Assembly: GCF_041956535.1 (NCBI RefSeq)
Contig: NW_027192225.1
Location: 79,307 to 143,306 of the forward strand
DNA from: Calcarisporiella thermophila CBS 279.70
Taxonomy: Eukaryota; Fungi; Calcarisporiellomycota
Direction of reading: 5' to 3'
DNA: 64,000 bases
Made by a program: the position numbers and the translations under genes. The notes under the pieces are model-generated. The model had not been told where the DNA came from. It made no database searches and saw only the letters and a program-made list of their open reading frames with translations. Shown here in pieces: positions 50,619 through 63,387 of this stretch; position 1 is the stretch's first letter; every line of letters starts with the position of its first letter.

Positions 50619-52821
50619 CTATTTTTTCAACTTGAATTTCAGTAATGAGGCCAAGCAAGAACTTGGGCCCGCCATTCTCAAGAATTCGTGCTCCAGGAGT
50701 TCGAAACTCGAAGCACGGCTTTCCACATCAACACAAAGACATACGGCCAGGAAGCTCTTCAGCTCCCGGCTCAGCTTATGGGGCTGTTTTAGGGTGGGAG
50801 TTCCATTAGTGGCAATTAAGTAGAGCGCTTTGAGTGGCTCTTCATCCAAATAAGGGGGCTCTTTCTCAATCATCTCGATGACCATGATGCCCAGAGACCA
50901 GATATCGACTTTCTCGCCGTATTGCTTTTGTTTCACGACCTCGGGAGCCATCCAGTATGGTGTCCCCACCATGGTCGCACGTTTCGAGCGCTGTTCGGTC
51001 AGTTTGGCGCAGAAACCAAAGTCGGTGATTTTGACTTGCCCTCCTGCACCAAGCAGCACATTGTCACTCTTAATATCGCGATGAATGATGGATTGGGAGT
51101 GTAAATGCTGAAGACCTTTGCACGTCTGGAGTAGAGTGAAAAAAATTATGGGTTAGAAATCAATCGTCAAAATTAGACTATGACAACTCATTACCTCGAG
51201 CGCAACCGTTGCAATTTGCTCCTCCGACATGGTATTATTTTCGATCACGTCAGTGAGCGCTCCACCCTCCATATATTCCATGACTACCCACAGATCATTG
51301 CTGTGAACCAGGAAGCTATCAAGGTAATTTACAATGTTGGGATGTTGGTTCTCCTTCATCACCAAGATCTCGTTGACAATCAATTCTTTGCGAGGCTGCC
51401 GTGCCATATCGATTTGTTTAATTGCCACCTTACGGTTGGTGATAATATGGCGCGCCACATAGACGGAGCCCGAGAAACCCTGTCCCACTTTCTTGGAACG
51501 AGTGTAGATTTCATTCGGATCACCACGGGATGCAAAGGACCCTACAATAATAAAATCATTAGTGTCTTAATCTTCCTGCTTGTTTCTTGGCATTAATTTC
51601 AGCCCCCAGGAACTTACGAAGTTTCTCCATAACCTGATCTTCACTCATTTTGCTCATTCTCTCAATCTTCTTCACGGTTGCCTTCGTTTCACTACCACCT
51701 CCCGCAGCTGCAGGGGCCACTTTATTCGATGCCCTCTCCTTGTTCGCACCAGCACTCATCAAACGCTCTGTTTTAAGTCGTTCTTCCTGTGCGCGGAGAC
51801 GTTCTACACTCTTGGAATCTTTTCGTTCCGAATTGGTGCGGGAAGATGAGTAAGAAGTAGCGGCGGTTGAGGCCGTCCGCGTCGAAGAGGGCTGGCTACC
51901 GTAAGAACCAGTGGACGAGAGAGATGAGGAGCTCGATGAGCTGGACGACGGGAGACGCATGCTACTCTTTTCACCTGGAGGCGGTGGGCGCCTTGCAGGG
52001 TTTGTAGGAATTGATCGATCGTTACGCATTTCTCTTAGTCGCTTTTCGCGATCGACAGCGTTCTCTCGGCTAGCTAAACGCGGTGGACGCGGGAGTTGTT
52101 TGTCGGTAATTGTATTAGAGAGTGATGTAGGTACACGTTGCACCTGCTTGTGCTGCTGGTGTGTGTAGAAATCGAGTACTTCCAGGACAGCACGGGGATC
52201 CCGCTCGTAGTCTTCCTTTGTGATTGCAGAGCCCTTCAGCAATGTTACCCATTGATCCGGTAATCCCTACATGGCGAGAGAAAATGGAAAAAAATGGATA
52301 AGTTAATAAAAACTCGAGAATAAGTTCCAAAGGAAGGTCGAAAAACTCACCGTGAAGAGTCCAGTCATCGAGTCGAACCCCACATGGATTTTATGCTCAA
52401 AATTCGTCGGTTTTGATGCACCGAGGGGTGTCAAACGGTATATGTCGTCCATCCATGAGTAGAGCTCGTCGTCGCTTTTACATGCCATATAATAAGTTTT
52501 TTCGGGAGTATCAAGGGAGAAAGAGTAAGGTTTTAGCTCAGTGCGCACAACACCCGTCACTTCCTGGAGTCTCACAATGCCGACTGGCTGTGCACTTGTA
52601 TGCTAATAAGAGGGAAGAAGGAAGAAGCGAAGAATTTTGGTAATGTTGCATTATTATATGTTTTGCATTCAAATGGCAGCGGTGGAAATAAGCCCTACCT
52701 CATTGCGAAATAGCCGCAGTGTGCCGTCGTTTAATACTACGTACCGTTTCGACCATATCCAACTACGTAGCCCTTCCTCCTTTACTGACAAATAGCCAGT
52801 CTTGTATGTGTAAGCTGGCAT
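50619..52821 (-). CDS. CLA4: PAK/STE20-family kinase, Cla4 type (PH + CRIB + kinase), multi-exon
   Basis: [24 protein letters not shown]; [19 protein letters not shown]; kinase [43 protein letters not shown]. Confidence 0.92.
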
Positions 52822-53966
52822 TGTATTCGAACAAAATATGAATGAAAGGGATGACAGAAGATGAACAGGGTATGCACGGTGAAATGAAAAATGCAAATGC
52901 AAATTTGAATGCAAAAGGGAGGGTGAATGCAAATGCGAAAGAAAATTGCAATTGGGGGATGAAAGAGGATGAAATTAGGGAAATGAACGAAGAAGAAGGG
53001 GGTGAAATGTTAAACGGGAATGTGTAAAAGCAAGGAGAAAGTCGAGTAGCAATGTATCAAAAATTGGTCAAATGGCTTTCTCCAGTATCGTGAGGTGGGT
53101 GCACAGACAATAAGGCCCATCCTTATTGCGGGTGTCCATAAATGAAGTTGGGTTGCCATAAATTAAAATGTTATATGAAAAAATATCTTTGTTGTGGGAT
53201 AGGTTATCCACTTCATGCGATAGTCCCCTGGAAATTTCAAACCAGAATTTTTGTTGTGGCGGGTTTATTAAAGAGGCCACAAAATCAAGTTTAGCTCTCC
53301 CCCCATTCTTCAGCACCCATTACTCATTCTTTATTGAGGCGCTGTCCGCTTCAAGGCGCTCTAAACATAATTCTGTGGAAATACTGCTGCTCTTTCGGAA
53401 CACTATATTTTGAATCTTAAATACATAAAATCATGGAGAAATATCATCGATAAATATGTTCTGCATAGGTCATTGATAAAAACGTATAGGGTCTTCAAAT
53501 GTCCAATTCTTTTCGCGCTTTCTTATTAACAAGGGGTGTGTTATTATTAGGTGTCTATATTTCTTGTGGCACTGCATCTATATTTGGGATCTAACGGCAA
53601 AATATATATTTAGAAGTCTTTGTTATGTATTAAATCTATCCAAACAGCTATAGTGTTAATGCTGATTCATCCGGGTATCCCTCGTTATATACTCTTAGTC
53701 CCTCGTATTGAAAAGATGACATGAGCTTATATTTTTCACGATGATACAATACTCGCTTTCCTTATAAGGAATGTCTGGTAGCATATTAACACTCTAATGG
53801 TACATATTTGGTTAAGTGCTTAATAATCACTCAGGATGCGTAATACTTTACAGTGTCAATATAATACAGTCCCTCTGTAAGCCTATATTTCTTCGATCTA
53901 TCCCATTTTGCAGGAACTATGATTTTATCCAATTTCATATGCAGCCCTTTAAGCCATGATTACTAA

Positions 53967-54659
53967 ATGTTGAATCGCATCCATGCAACCACCCATCATG
54001 CCACCTTTGACTTTTCAAATCTCAATCAACAACAGCCAGTCAATCCTGCATTGCAACGTCTTCCACCCATAACTTCACTTAATCTTCCCGCGCACAGACA
54101 CGACAATAACGCTCAGGTTTCCACTTCAAATCCTCCTATATCTGAATTTAAGGATCATGAGCACAGTGGTGAAGTTTTTTCGCTACATTCTAATTGCGTT
54201 CTGCAGCACCAATCCATACCAGAGACTACTGCTATTGAAATTCTAGCTGAGAAACGGCGTCGCAATGCTAATGTCTCCGCGCGATTCCGTGATCGAAAGA
54301 AGCAGGAGCATCGTAATCTGATTGAAAAATGCATCAACTACGAGAAACGCATCAAGGAGTTGGAGGAGAAAATTCACGAAAAAGAGAGAGAGACACAAAT
54401 GGTAATGGAATATAAGAGGTTATCCGATTTAATGCAAATAGAAAGAGATACTGCATTACATAGGATAAGTTATTTAGAAGAGGAGGTATGCTTTTTGGAG
54501 TATTTTTTTATTCTCCACTTTTTCCTTAACAGCCTGCCTATTTAGCTGAGACGCCTACATAGCCAAATGGCTAGTTATACACCGACTTCGGCGACTACTG
54601 CAATTTCGATTTCTCAGTGCACCTGTCAAAAGAATGAAATACATCGCATGTACAGATAA
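53967..54659 (+). CDS. bZIP transcription factor (Met28/Zip1-like basic region), 2 exons
   Basis: EKRRRNANVSARFRDRKKQ followed by heptad leucine zipper; LPPITSL motif. Exon 2 is 54546-54659. Confidence 0.82.
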
Positions 54660-54792
54660 TTTCTTCATTTTTAAGTAAAAGTAAATATTGGGTATGGATT
54701 ATAATATTAATAAAGGCGCAGCAGTTAGAGCCTAAGACAAAATCCTTGTATATATCTCGTTTTTTATCAATCGAATTTTATATTAAATTATA

Positions 54793-55599
54793 ATGTCTGA
54801 ACATAAAGAGTTTCCACACGATCATAACTCATTCATAACGCAAGAATTTGGTAATGAACTAGCGCAGCATTTTCTAATACGGGATGTTTGTAAACCAAAT
54901 GTAAATTTCTGCACTTCTATACAGAGATGTGAATTGATCTGGTTCAAACACGTTGTATTTGAATGCTAGCAAGTGAAATTTAACAACACCACAAGGAAGT
55001 ATCGCGAAGAAATCAAAGACTATGAAGATGTTGTAGACAAGGTATAGATTTTAATTCATTATTGTCTTGTTTGAACTAACACTGATGGTATGATTATTCT
55101 CGAACACTTTTTGGGAATCACTCCAAAATATCAGATCCATATTAAGGAAACTCAAAGTAAGCACCACGTGGAGGCGTTGGAGAAGGGTGCCGCGAGATTA
55201 GAGGAAATATTTGCTCGTATCGACAAGTTGGAGGTATTGTTTCTCATCTCTTATGTGACACTTTTTCTTCTCATTACTAAAGTTACTCGCTCCTATTAGC
55301 CTCTCTTTCAAGCAATCCACCGTACTGTTGGAGAGGTCTCTGCTCGTGTGGACGAAACTGAACGTTTAATGAATGCACGACCCTTGGATCGTGTAATGGA
55401 CTCTATTAAATTTGTAAGATTCCTACCTAGCTATGGCAAATACCTTCGATTTTCCACTTAAATCAGATCATTTTACTAGTCAAGAGGATCCGCACGTGCT
55501 TCGCCAGAACCTCAATATACCCCCTATTTACCTCCCATGAATCCGCTAAATGTATTCCGAACTGATGAATATTTCCCTCCGCATCACAGTTCTAGATAA
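54793..55599 (+). CDS. BLOC-1 subunit 4 (Cappuccino/Cnl1)-like protein, ~5 exons; missed by the ORF track
   Basis: Spliced LEEIFARIDKLE|PLFQAIHRTVGEVSARVDETE and C-terminal P.NVFRTDEYF, typical of BLOC1S4 homologues. Confidence 0.68.
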
Positions 55600-55779
55600 T
55601 ATGCATTTCTTGTTCTATATTAATTTTCAATAGGTTGTAAATAGGTTAATTGGAATTGCTTGTGACTTTTCATGTCCTTTAATATTATTCTTAGACTCAT
55701 CTTTGAATGCGTGTGGACTGGGTATTTCATTGCTTCACGTTATGTGTTGCTAATATTTTTTCCAGCCACGTATAATTTA

Positions 55780-55817
55780 ATTCAATAGTTCAATAATGTT
55801 CAATAATAGTTCAATAA
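55780..55817. repeat. Short degenerate tandem repeat (TTCAATA(A)TAG-like x4) upstream of ACSF3
   Basis: ttcaatagttcaataatgttcaataatagttcaataa seen directly. Confidence 0.6.
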
Positions 55818-55859
55818 GGATTCAGCCGATTGAAAATTTGTTGAGCCCTTATTGTCAAT

Positions 55860-57885
55860 ATGCACTTAATTACTTTTAAAAGACCTATTATACGCATTTC
55901 GACGACGATTGGACGCGTAACTAGATGTTCATTTGCCACAACATCAAAGACCTTTAGTTCGTAAAAGTTTTCGCAACTCGCTTTCTCTTTTATACTCAAT
56001 TTACTCGATTTACATGACTTTACAGGGATTCCTTCGCTTCCACTATTTAGTAAAGCGCTGGAGCATGCAAGGCAGAATCGAGGGCCCGCCATAGTCGAAA
56101 CAGAGAGCGAAAATGTCAAGAGTTACAAAGATTTAGTTCGTGATGTAGCTTCTCTAAGAGAGCATTTACTACAAAAAAGGTATTATAATTTAGACACCAA
56201 GATTTTTTTCGAAGCAATATTATATCTACGTGCATAGAAATCTCGATGAGAAGCGCATCGCATTTCTTTTTCCTAATGATTATTCTTACGTGATTACTCA
56301 ATGGGCTATTTGGGCTGCCGGCGGGATTGCTGTTCCATTATGCACTTCACATCCCTCTTCCGAGCTTGAGTACTATATACAGGATTCACAAGCTTCGCTT
56401 GTACTCACGCATCCCGAGTTTGTTGAGAAACTCACTCCCGTTACAGACAAATGTGGGGTGGAGCAATTAACAATTGGAAGCAACCATACTAATGGGGGGA
56501 GTATTGGGGAACAGAGTCTGCCGGATACCTTCCAGATGGATGAAAATAGGAGAGCCCTAATCATTTATACTAGTGGGACAACCGGAAAGCCTAAAGGGGT
56601 TGTAACTACACATTTCAACTTACGACATCAGATCAAATGTCTAGTAGATGCCTGGGCATGGTCTTCCCAGGACCGCATTTTGCATACCCTGCCACTGCAC
56701 CATGTGCATGGCATTGTGAATGCCTTAAACTGTGGGTTATGGGCTGGGGCAACGGTGGAAATGATGACACGATTCGATGCGAAAAGAGTATGGGATCGGT
56801 GGGCAAGGGGCGGCCTATCTTTGTATATGGCAGTAAATATAGCCAGGACTTTGGATCACTATTGACAACTTAGTCGATGCTAGAAAGATCTAATTATTGG
56901 CCATTTTCTCTGCTAGGTTCCAACCATTTACTCAAAACTCATTCATCATTATCATTCAATCTCACCTGAAGCCCAAAATAATGCTACCGCATCTTGCAAA
57001 CAATTTCGCCTGATGGTTTCAGGTTCGGCAGCTTTACCGGTTCCGCTGCGTCATGAGTGGGAGCGCATCAGTGGAGGGCAGATTCTACTAGAGCGCTATG
57101 GAATGTCCGAGTTGGGCATGGTGTTGAGTCATGGCCTGGCCAATGAAGACCGTGTTGAGGTATTATTATATGAATAGATATAAAACGAATCCATGGGAGT
57201 ACTAAAAGAAGATTGTGCTCTCATATGATAGGGAACGGTGGGACTACCTTTACCAGGTGTAAACGTTAGGCTGGCGATAAATGACGATAAAACCGGGGAT
57301 GAGAAGGATGTTACAGAAAACATGAATGTTAGCGGCGAAATTCAGGTCAAAGGCCCAAACGTCTTCAAAGAGTAGTAAACTAGCAGAGATAATATCGTTG
57401 CGTGCTCATTATAAAGTGACTTATTTTCTACCGTTAGGTACTGGAATAAGCCGGAAGCGACCGCAAAGGAGTTTACCGCTTCAGGTTGGTTCAAAACCGG
57501 AGACACAGCTTTGCGGATCCCCCCCCATGGCTTTTATCGTATCCTAGGGCGAACGAGCGTTGACATCATAAAGTCGGGTGGCTACAAAATATCTGCTCTC
57601 GAAATAGAGCGCGAGCTTCTTGGGCATCCACAAATTTCGGATGCAGCTGTATGTGGTGTAGAAGATGCAGAATGGGGCCAACGTGTTGGGGCAGTGGTTG
57701 TCATTAAAAAGGCAGAAGACGAGAAAGCATTAGATTTGGAGAGCTTAAGAGAGTGGATGAAGCCCAGATTGGCGGCATATAAGATACCAACCCTATTACG
57801 CGTTATGGACGAAATGCCTCGAAATGCGATGGGTAAAGTGAATAAAAAGCAGCTTGTGTCAGTATTTTCTGACAATTATAATTAA
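55860..57885 (+). CDS. ACSF3: Mitochondrial malonyl-CoA synthetase-like acyl-CoA ligase (ACSF3), multi-exon
   Basis: Arg/Thr-rich presequence; IYTSGTTGKPKGV, LPLHHVHG, RLMVSGSAALP, LLERYGMSE, GWFKTGD, GRTSVDIIKSGGYKISALEIER, PRNAMGKVNKK. Confidence 0.9.
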
Positions 57886-58006
57886 TAAACCTTCGTGTAA
57901 ATAAAAGTGGGATATTTATTTATATTTTAATTACAAGATGATCATTGCTCTCATAACAATTATTTTTTGGCTTTGAAACTAATGAAAGAGTTTTCTACTT
58001 GTGTCT

Positions 58007-58852
58007 TTAATCAATTGCCCGATGCATACGATCTTCACCTGCCGGCGTCTTGTGGTCCGCGGGATTTGCTTGAGCTTCATAAATAGTGATAATGGGATCC
58101 TTCTTTATCTTTAAATTCGGAGAGTAAAAAAAAAATAAAGAGAGAATGAGAAATTCATATAAAAAATGTTCAATTGAATTGGATATCATGATTCAATTTA
58201 CCTCGCTCCACTCTCCTCGCAATCCTATAAATAGTACTCGAGTTGCATCGGCTCCGAAATTCTCAGGAAAATACAACGTCAAATTGCGTACACTTGTAAA
58301 TTTCGTTAAACGTGTCGGATACTCTGCCACCTCATCGGTATTTTGAACTAATTCCCATTCCTAAAATGCATTCAATTGAAATATTTGGTATCAGTCATCT
58401 CAGGAAAGAATAAAAATATACTTGAACGGGATCGTATGTATCAGCAACATCAAAATCAACATCTTCTCGATTAATGAAGGCCTTCATTTTAGAGGGAGCA
58501 GCCTCTCCTGGGCCGGCACGAATACATATAGATCGCAACTTTACATTTCCTGTAAATCTTTCATAAGAATATATATTTTAATATTATTTCTCCACAGTTA
58601 GAGTCACAAATGTAGTTACGGAATAAAAAATATCAATTGTTCATCGCTGTCACTTTCCACGAATTGTTCATTGTCCATTCTCTCGTGCCACGGCTTGATT
58701 ACCTTTTTACCGCTTCCTGGAACAGCCTCATTCAAACAGGATACATGCTCACGATCTATGCGTCCATAGAGATTATCCTTTGCACCAGCGTCATCGGGAA
58801 TATGATCGTGATCGTGTGAATGGCTATGATGTTCGTCGTGACAGTGGCTCAT
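58007..58852 (-). CDS. PITHD1: PITH domain-containing protein (PITHD1-like), multi-exon
   Basis: His-rich N-terminus; ESDSDEQLIFFIP|FTGNVKLRSI, PSKMKAFINREDVDFD, EYPTRLTKF, YEAQANPADHK. Confidence 0.92.
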
Positions 58853-59907
58853 TTTCTAGTCGGAAGTACTCAATTGAGAAAACTAAAAAGGCGTGTCAGG
58901 CAAAAAATGCTGAATTAATTTAGAATGATGAAATCGAATTGTGACTTTCTTTGAGATCAAGCCACAAGCGTAACTTAAATTCAAAATTGCCATGTGTTTG
59001 GCTAATTGTATGGTATTCATGAGAAAATAATAAAAAATTAAAAGCAAATTAAAATATTCGAATTAAGTTAATAAAAAATCAATGAAATTTCAGTACCTAG
59101 AAAATATATCCTAATTGAGTAACCTGGAATCCATTCATCCGCCATCAAAATATTAATGCACAGAATGTGTACAATATATTTCCACCAGAGTTTGACAGGT
59201 TACGTTGCTAGTTAAAAAACAAAACTTCTGCTGAGTTTACTACGTGGAGGATATTTACAGTGTAGATTTTTCGACTAAATTTTTATCTATTTTCAACGCA
59301 CAATAAGACCAACTACCAATATAGAATCATTGGAAAATAAGTTGTGCTATTTTGACCAGCTCCCCAAAATCTACGACTCTAATCATTTCATTAGGTTCTT
59401 TTCGTGAGCAATGAGTTGTTATTTAGATTTTCGACTGATAGGTTTCAAAATGCCAAGATAAAGCCTGGATCTACAGCAGGAGCAAATCAATCATCTTTAA
59501 AGAGCATCCGTAGCTTTCTAAAATGGTAGCAGTAAATAAGAAGATCTAATGGCACACCTCATCCTCGTATTTTACCAGTGGATAAAAGGCGCTTGTGTAG
59601 TATGTGTGGCTCAACTACCTTGTTTGTAATACCCAAGAAAAAATTATTCAAAATACCGAAGAATAAAACTCTGATTTCCATATATAGGAAAACAACAAGT
59701 AATTTATCGTAAGAAAAATTCTAAGGAAGTTAGGGATGCAAAATGCCAAGCCTCTGTTGGATCTTGGTAGTGTTGGCGGGGATGCTTGGGCTAGTCTAGA
59801 TATAAAAGAGCAAAATGGACTTACACTAGTCTGCTTGGATTATTCTTTCATATTATTACCCCCCCCCCCTTTTTTTTTTTACTTCCAATTGACTCATTAT
59901 AACAATT

Positions 59908-61398
59908 ATGAGTAAGAAACTCGTGCACATACTCATCGGCACTCCATCAGCAATGGGGCATGTCATACCGGCGCTTGCTCTGGCACGTCGAATCCTCAAT
60001 ACCCCATCTCTTCAAGAAATAGACGGCGACATACATGGTTCAGATAGGCTTGTGACACTACTTATCCCAAAGAGCTTTTCGTCAGTGTTAAAAGAAAAGC
60101 CCATTTTCCCGATCACCGATGATGAACCTAAAATTCTTACAAGCTGTTATGGAAGTCTTCGTGTCGTTTGGATAGAGGATAAGGTGGAGTTGGATCACAC
60201 CCAGGATGACGGTTCAGTAATTGGATTTTTTGCCAGTCTCCAAGCTTATCTTGACAACCTCGGTCGTTATATAAAATCCACCAGGACTGAAATGATAGAC
60301 ACAATTAGACCAACTTGTCTCATTCTTGATTCAATGTTTGGCATGCTTGAATCATTCCCGATCGATAGCATTCCGCTCTACTTTTTAAACACTTCAACTG
60401 CAGCATTGACGAGCAATGACCTAGAGGATTTTAAAATGCCAGGGATAGACAACCCAACTCACGAAGATATGGCGCAAAAGTTTCTGATGGAAGGTGTGAA
60501 GCGAAGTGCTTCACGTGTTAGCAGTTGTGAAGGCGTTATCTGGAATACTGCTCGTTGCGTCGATGGAGATAATTTGGAGAGATTTTTACACATTTTTCAG
60601 CATAAAATACCCCTCTATCCTGTTGGCCCACTAAATTATTTTAACATCAAAGGTGAGTCAATTGTCGAGAGGGAGAAAAATTCAGAGTATCAAAAGAATT
60701 TAGTGAGTGCATCCCACAATACTACGACCCCTAGCGATCTTGAGGTATGGATATCTCAGTACCTCAATGAGCATGGTCCTTATTCAATACTATATGTATC
60801 ATTTGGAACATCGGTGTCGCACTCTACGGATCAACTCATTGAACTTCTTAATGGTCTTAAGGCCACAGAACGGAATGTGCTGTGGAGCTTGAATAAGAAT
60901 CAGCAAAAAGATTTACCTAAATCTAACAGATATATTCCAGCTCAAGGTGTTTTGGTATACAACAATGTTACAATAGTGGAATGGGCACCTCAGACAATGG
61001 TGCTCTCTCATACTAGCTGTGCAGCTTTCCTAACTCATTGTGGATGGAACTCTTCTCTAGAAAGCTTAACATATGGCGTTGCAACTATTAACTGGCCGGT
61101 ATACTTCGATCAATACAGCGTTTCCAAATTGTTAGTTGAGCTTGGCGTTGGGATATCATTTGAACTTGGCTTGATTACCTCACCTCCTGAAAGCCAAACC
61201 AGGCCAAATATTATTCCTGCGGAGATGATCACGCTGACGATTGTAAACTTTTTTGATGAAAAAGAGAAAGGTGATGATAGATATTCGAAGACAGCCAAGC
61301 GAGTAAGCGAAGAACTTAGGTTGGCATGGACACCAGAAGGCGAGGCCTACCGTGAACTTGCTCGCGTGCTTTCACAAATCGAAAAAATGTTGGAGTGA
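59908..61398 (+). CDS. UDP-glycosyltransferase (GT1) with plant-type PSPG box, intronless (496 aa)
   Basis: Catalytic GHVIP and LILD; LYVSFGT; WAPQTMVLSHTSCAAFLTHCGWNSSLESLTYGVATINWPVYFDQ. Confidence 0.93.
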   Translation: MSKKLVHILIGTPSAMGHVIPALALARRILNTPSLQEIDGDIHGSDRLVTLLIPKSFSSVLKEKPIFPITDDEPKILTSCYGSLRVVWIEDKVELDHTQDDGSVIGFFASLQAYLDNLGRYIKSTRTEMIDTIRPTCLILDSMFGMLESFPIDSIPLYFLNTSTAALTSNDLEDFKMPGIDNPTHEDMAQKFLMEGVKRSASRVSSCEGVIWNTARCVDGDNLERFLHIFQHKIPLYPVGPLNYFNIKGESIVEREKNSEYQKNLVSASHNTTTPSDLEVWISQYLNEHGPYSILYVSFGTSVSHSTDQLIELLNGLKATERNVLWSLNKNQQKDLPKSNRYIPAQGVLVYNNVTIVEWAPQTMVLSHTSCAAFLTHCGWNSSLESLTYGVATINWPVYFDQYSVSKLLVELGVGISFELGLITSPPESQTRPNIIPAEMITLTIVNFFDEKEKGDDRYSKTAKRVSEELRLAWTPEGEAYRELARVLSQIEKMLE

Positions 61399-61609
61399 CA
61401 GCTCAGCAGCCCCATTTATATATTACAATAACATCGACTTTAGTCCGTGTATTTACATTTATGAAAGATGGGTTACTCTAGGCGATGCATATTATTATTA
61501 GCTCTAATTGTTTTATTAAATAAAAACTGACCACCACGGCTTCATGCTTTGATTATTGTATATTGTGAGTAATTATTTATAGCATTACCATTTTATTATG
61601 ACAATGGAA

Positions 61610-61663
61610 CTAGATGATAATTTTTAATACGGGTTTAATCGTATTAAATTAATTATCATCTAG
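61610..61663. repeat. 54-bp imperfect palindrome (hairpin/foldback)
   Basis: CTAGATGATAATT-TTTAATACG [GGTTTAAT] CGTATTAAA-TT-AATTATCATCTAG: 22 paired bases with a 2-nt bulge. Confidence 0.85.
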
Positions 61664-63387
61664 CACCGTATTACTTTAGTATTATTAAGAGATATTAAGA
61701 GTTTAGGGTTCCAAATGATATCGGAGGCATAAAAAAGATTATTGACAATAGTTTCATCATATATTCTTCTAAATCAATTGGATTATATTAACATATTCTC
61801 TTTTAACAAAAAAAAAATTTGACTAATATCCTCCTGGTTATTGATAGATGTATTTAATGGATGATTTATTCCTATCTGCCCATACGCCACTTAGGGGATG
61901 ATGCTCAATATTTTACTAAGTCATTGCAATTTTGGTACCGCGTTAAAGTTTCAATATATATGATATCCATATTAATTTTACAGAATAATATACTCATATT
62001 TCTAATATCATTATTAAAATTCATTCTCATATATAAATTCTGGTAATTTGGGGAAAAAATTATAATATGATGATGACACATAGTGGTATGGATTAATCGA
62101 TTTTCAAATTTTCAAATCACGTCCGGTAATTCTAAAATATATCATTTGACTATTCGCGGAAATTACTTCAGCCATAGCTGGTATAGGACCTCACTAGTCA
62201 ATCTAAAGGGAGTGCGAGAGATATCATTTTACAAATGATTACTTAATATAGGGTATATCAGCAAAACAAGTGCTTAAAAAGTGGTTTAGTAAACCAGTGC
62301 TAAGCTAATAGTTGCATGATATGGTCTGTATTGTCTTGAATTACCAGAAACCAAGAATGAATGAATGTAGTTTATATTTTTAAATTAGCGTAAAACTATC
62401 ATGAATATTTTCCTATCGCTATTAACGAATCAACAATATTTGAGAAACATATAGAGCTTTTAGATTTTGTTCTGTTCGAATATGTATATGTTTGTGATAT
62501 ATAGCAAAATACCCGCGGGGACACGAAAGTACTTCTATCTTTCCTTATCATTCTCAATAGTGGCGCCACGTAGGATTTACATTAACTTTTTAAGCCTTAA
62601 TTGATAAGGCAGATTATTGGCGGCCCATTTACCACGTCATCCCCAAAGTTCATAATGCCGATACGCTCTCTTTTGGAGAAAAGCTATTGGCTTGTTCCCT
62701 ATTTTGCTTTATAGACTCTTGAATTCTAGTATGATACAATTAAAGGGTGAATCACTCCAATTTATCCATATTCTGCGTAGGGTCATGTTCGCTGCTTACT
62801 AAGTGATGTCATCCAATTAGCAAAAAGGTTTTTGGCATCTGATTATCTGATTCGAAAGCATTTCATCTAAGGGTATTTTAGGGTGACTATTTCAAGCAAC
62901 CTGAAAATATTAAATTGTGTATAGTTCGACTTTTGCATTAGAAATTTCAATATCAATTGCCAATATATCGATATTGTTATAGATATTCTAGCATTGATAA
63001 TATTTTTTTTTTGTAATTCCGTCCATAACTCTTGGATTTGTGCATAATCTCTGCATTTTGCAAACTTTCTCCCCATGGAAATTCAAGCTATGGACTGATT
63101 CTTAAAATCAAAAAAATGTGTTAAACTTTGTTTGATCAAGCATAAATTTAAGACGGAATATTATCGGTACTGCAATATTTTATCGGAAAATCGCGAGACG
63201 GATATTTTCTCCCGAGAATAAATGAGTGATCGAGCATATCACTCTGATTGCATGATCTTGGTGAGTAATAAAGACGGCTCCTCACATCTGATATAAAGGA
63301 TGCGAAACAGATTTACTTACCATTACAAAATTGTGATAATTCTATAAAAATATATTCTATTCTCTTTTCAATACAATTTGAACAAAC

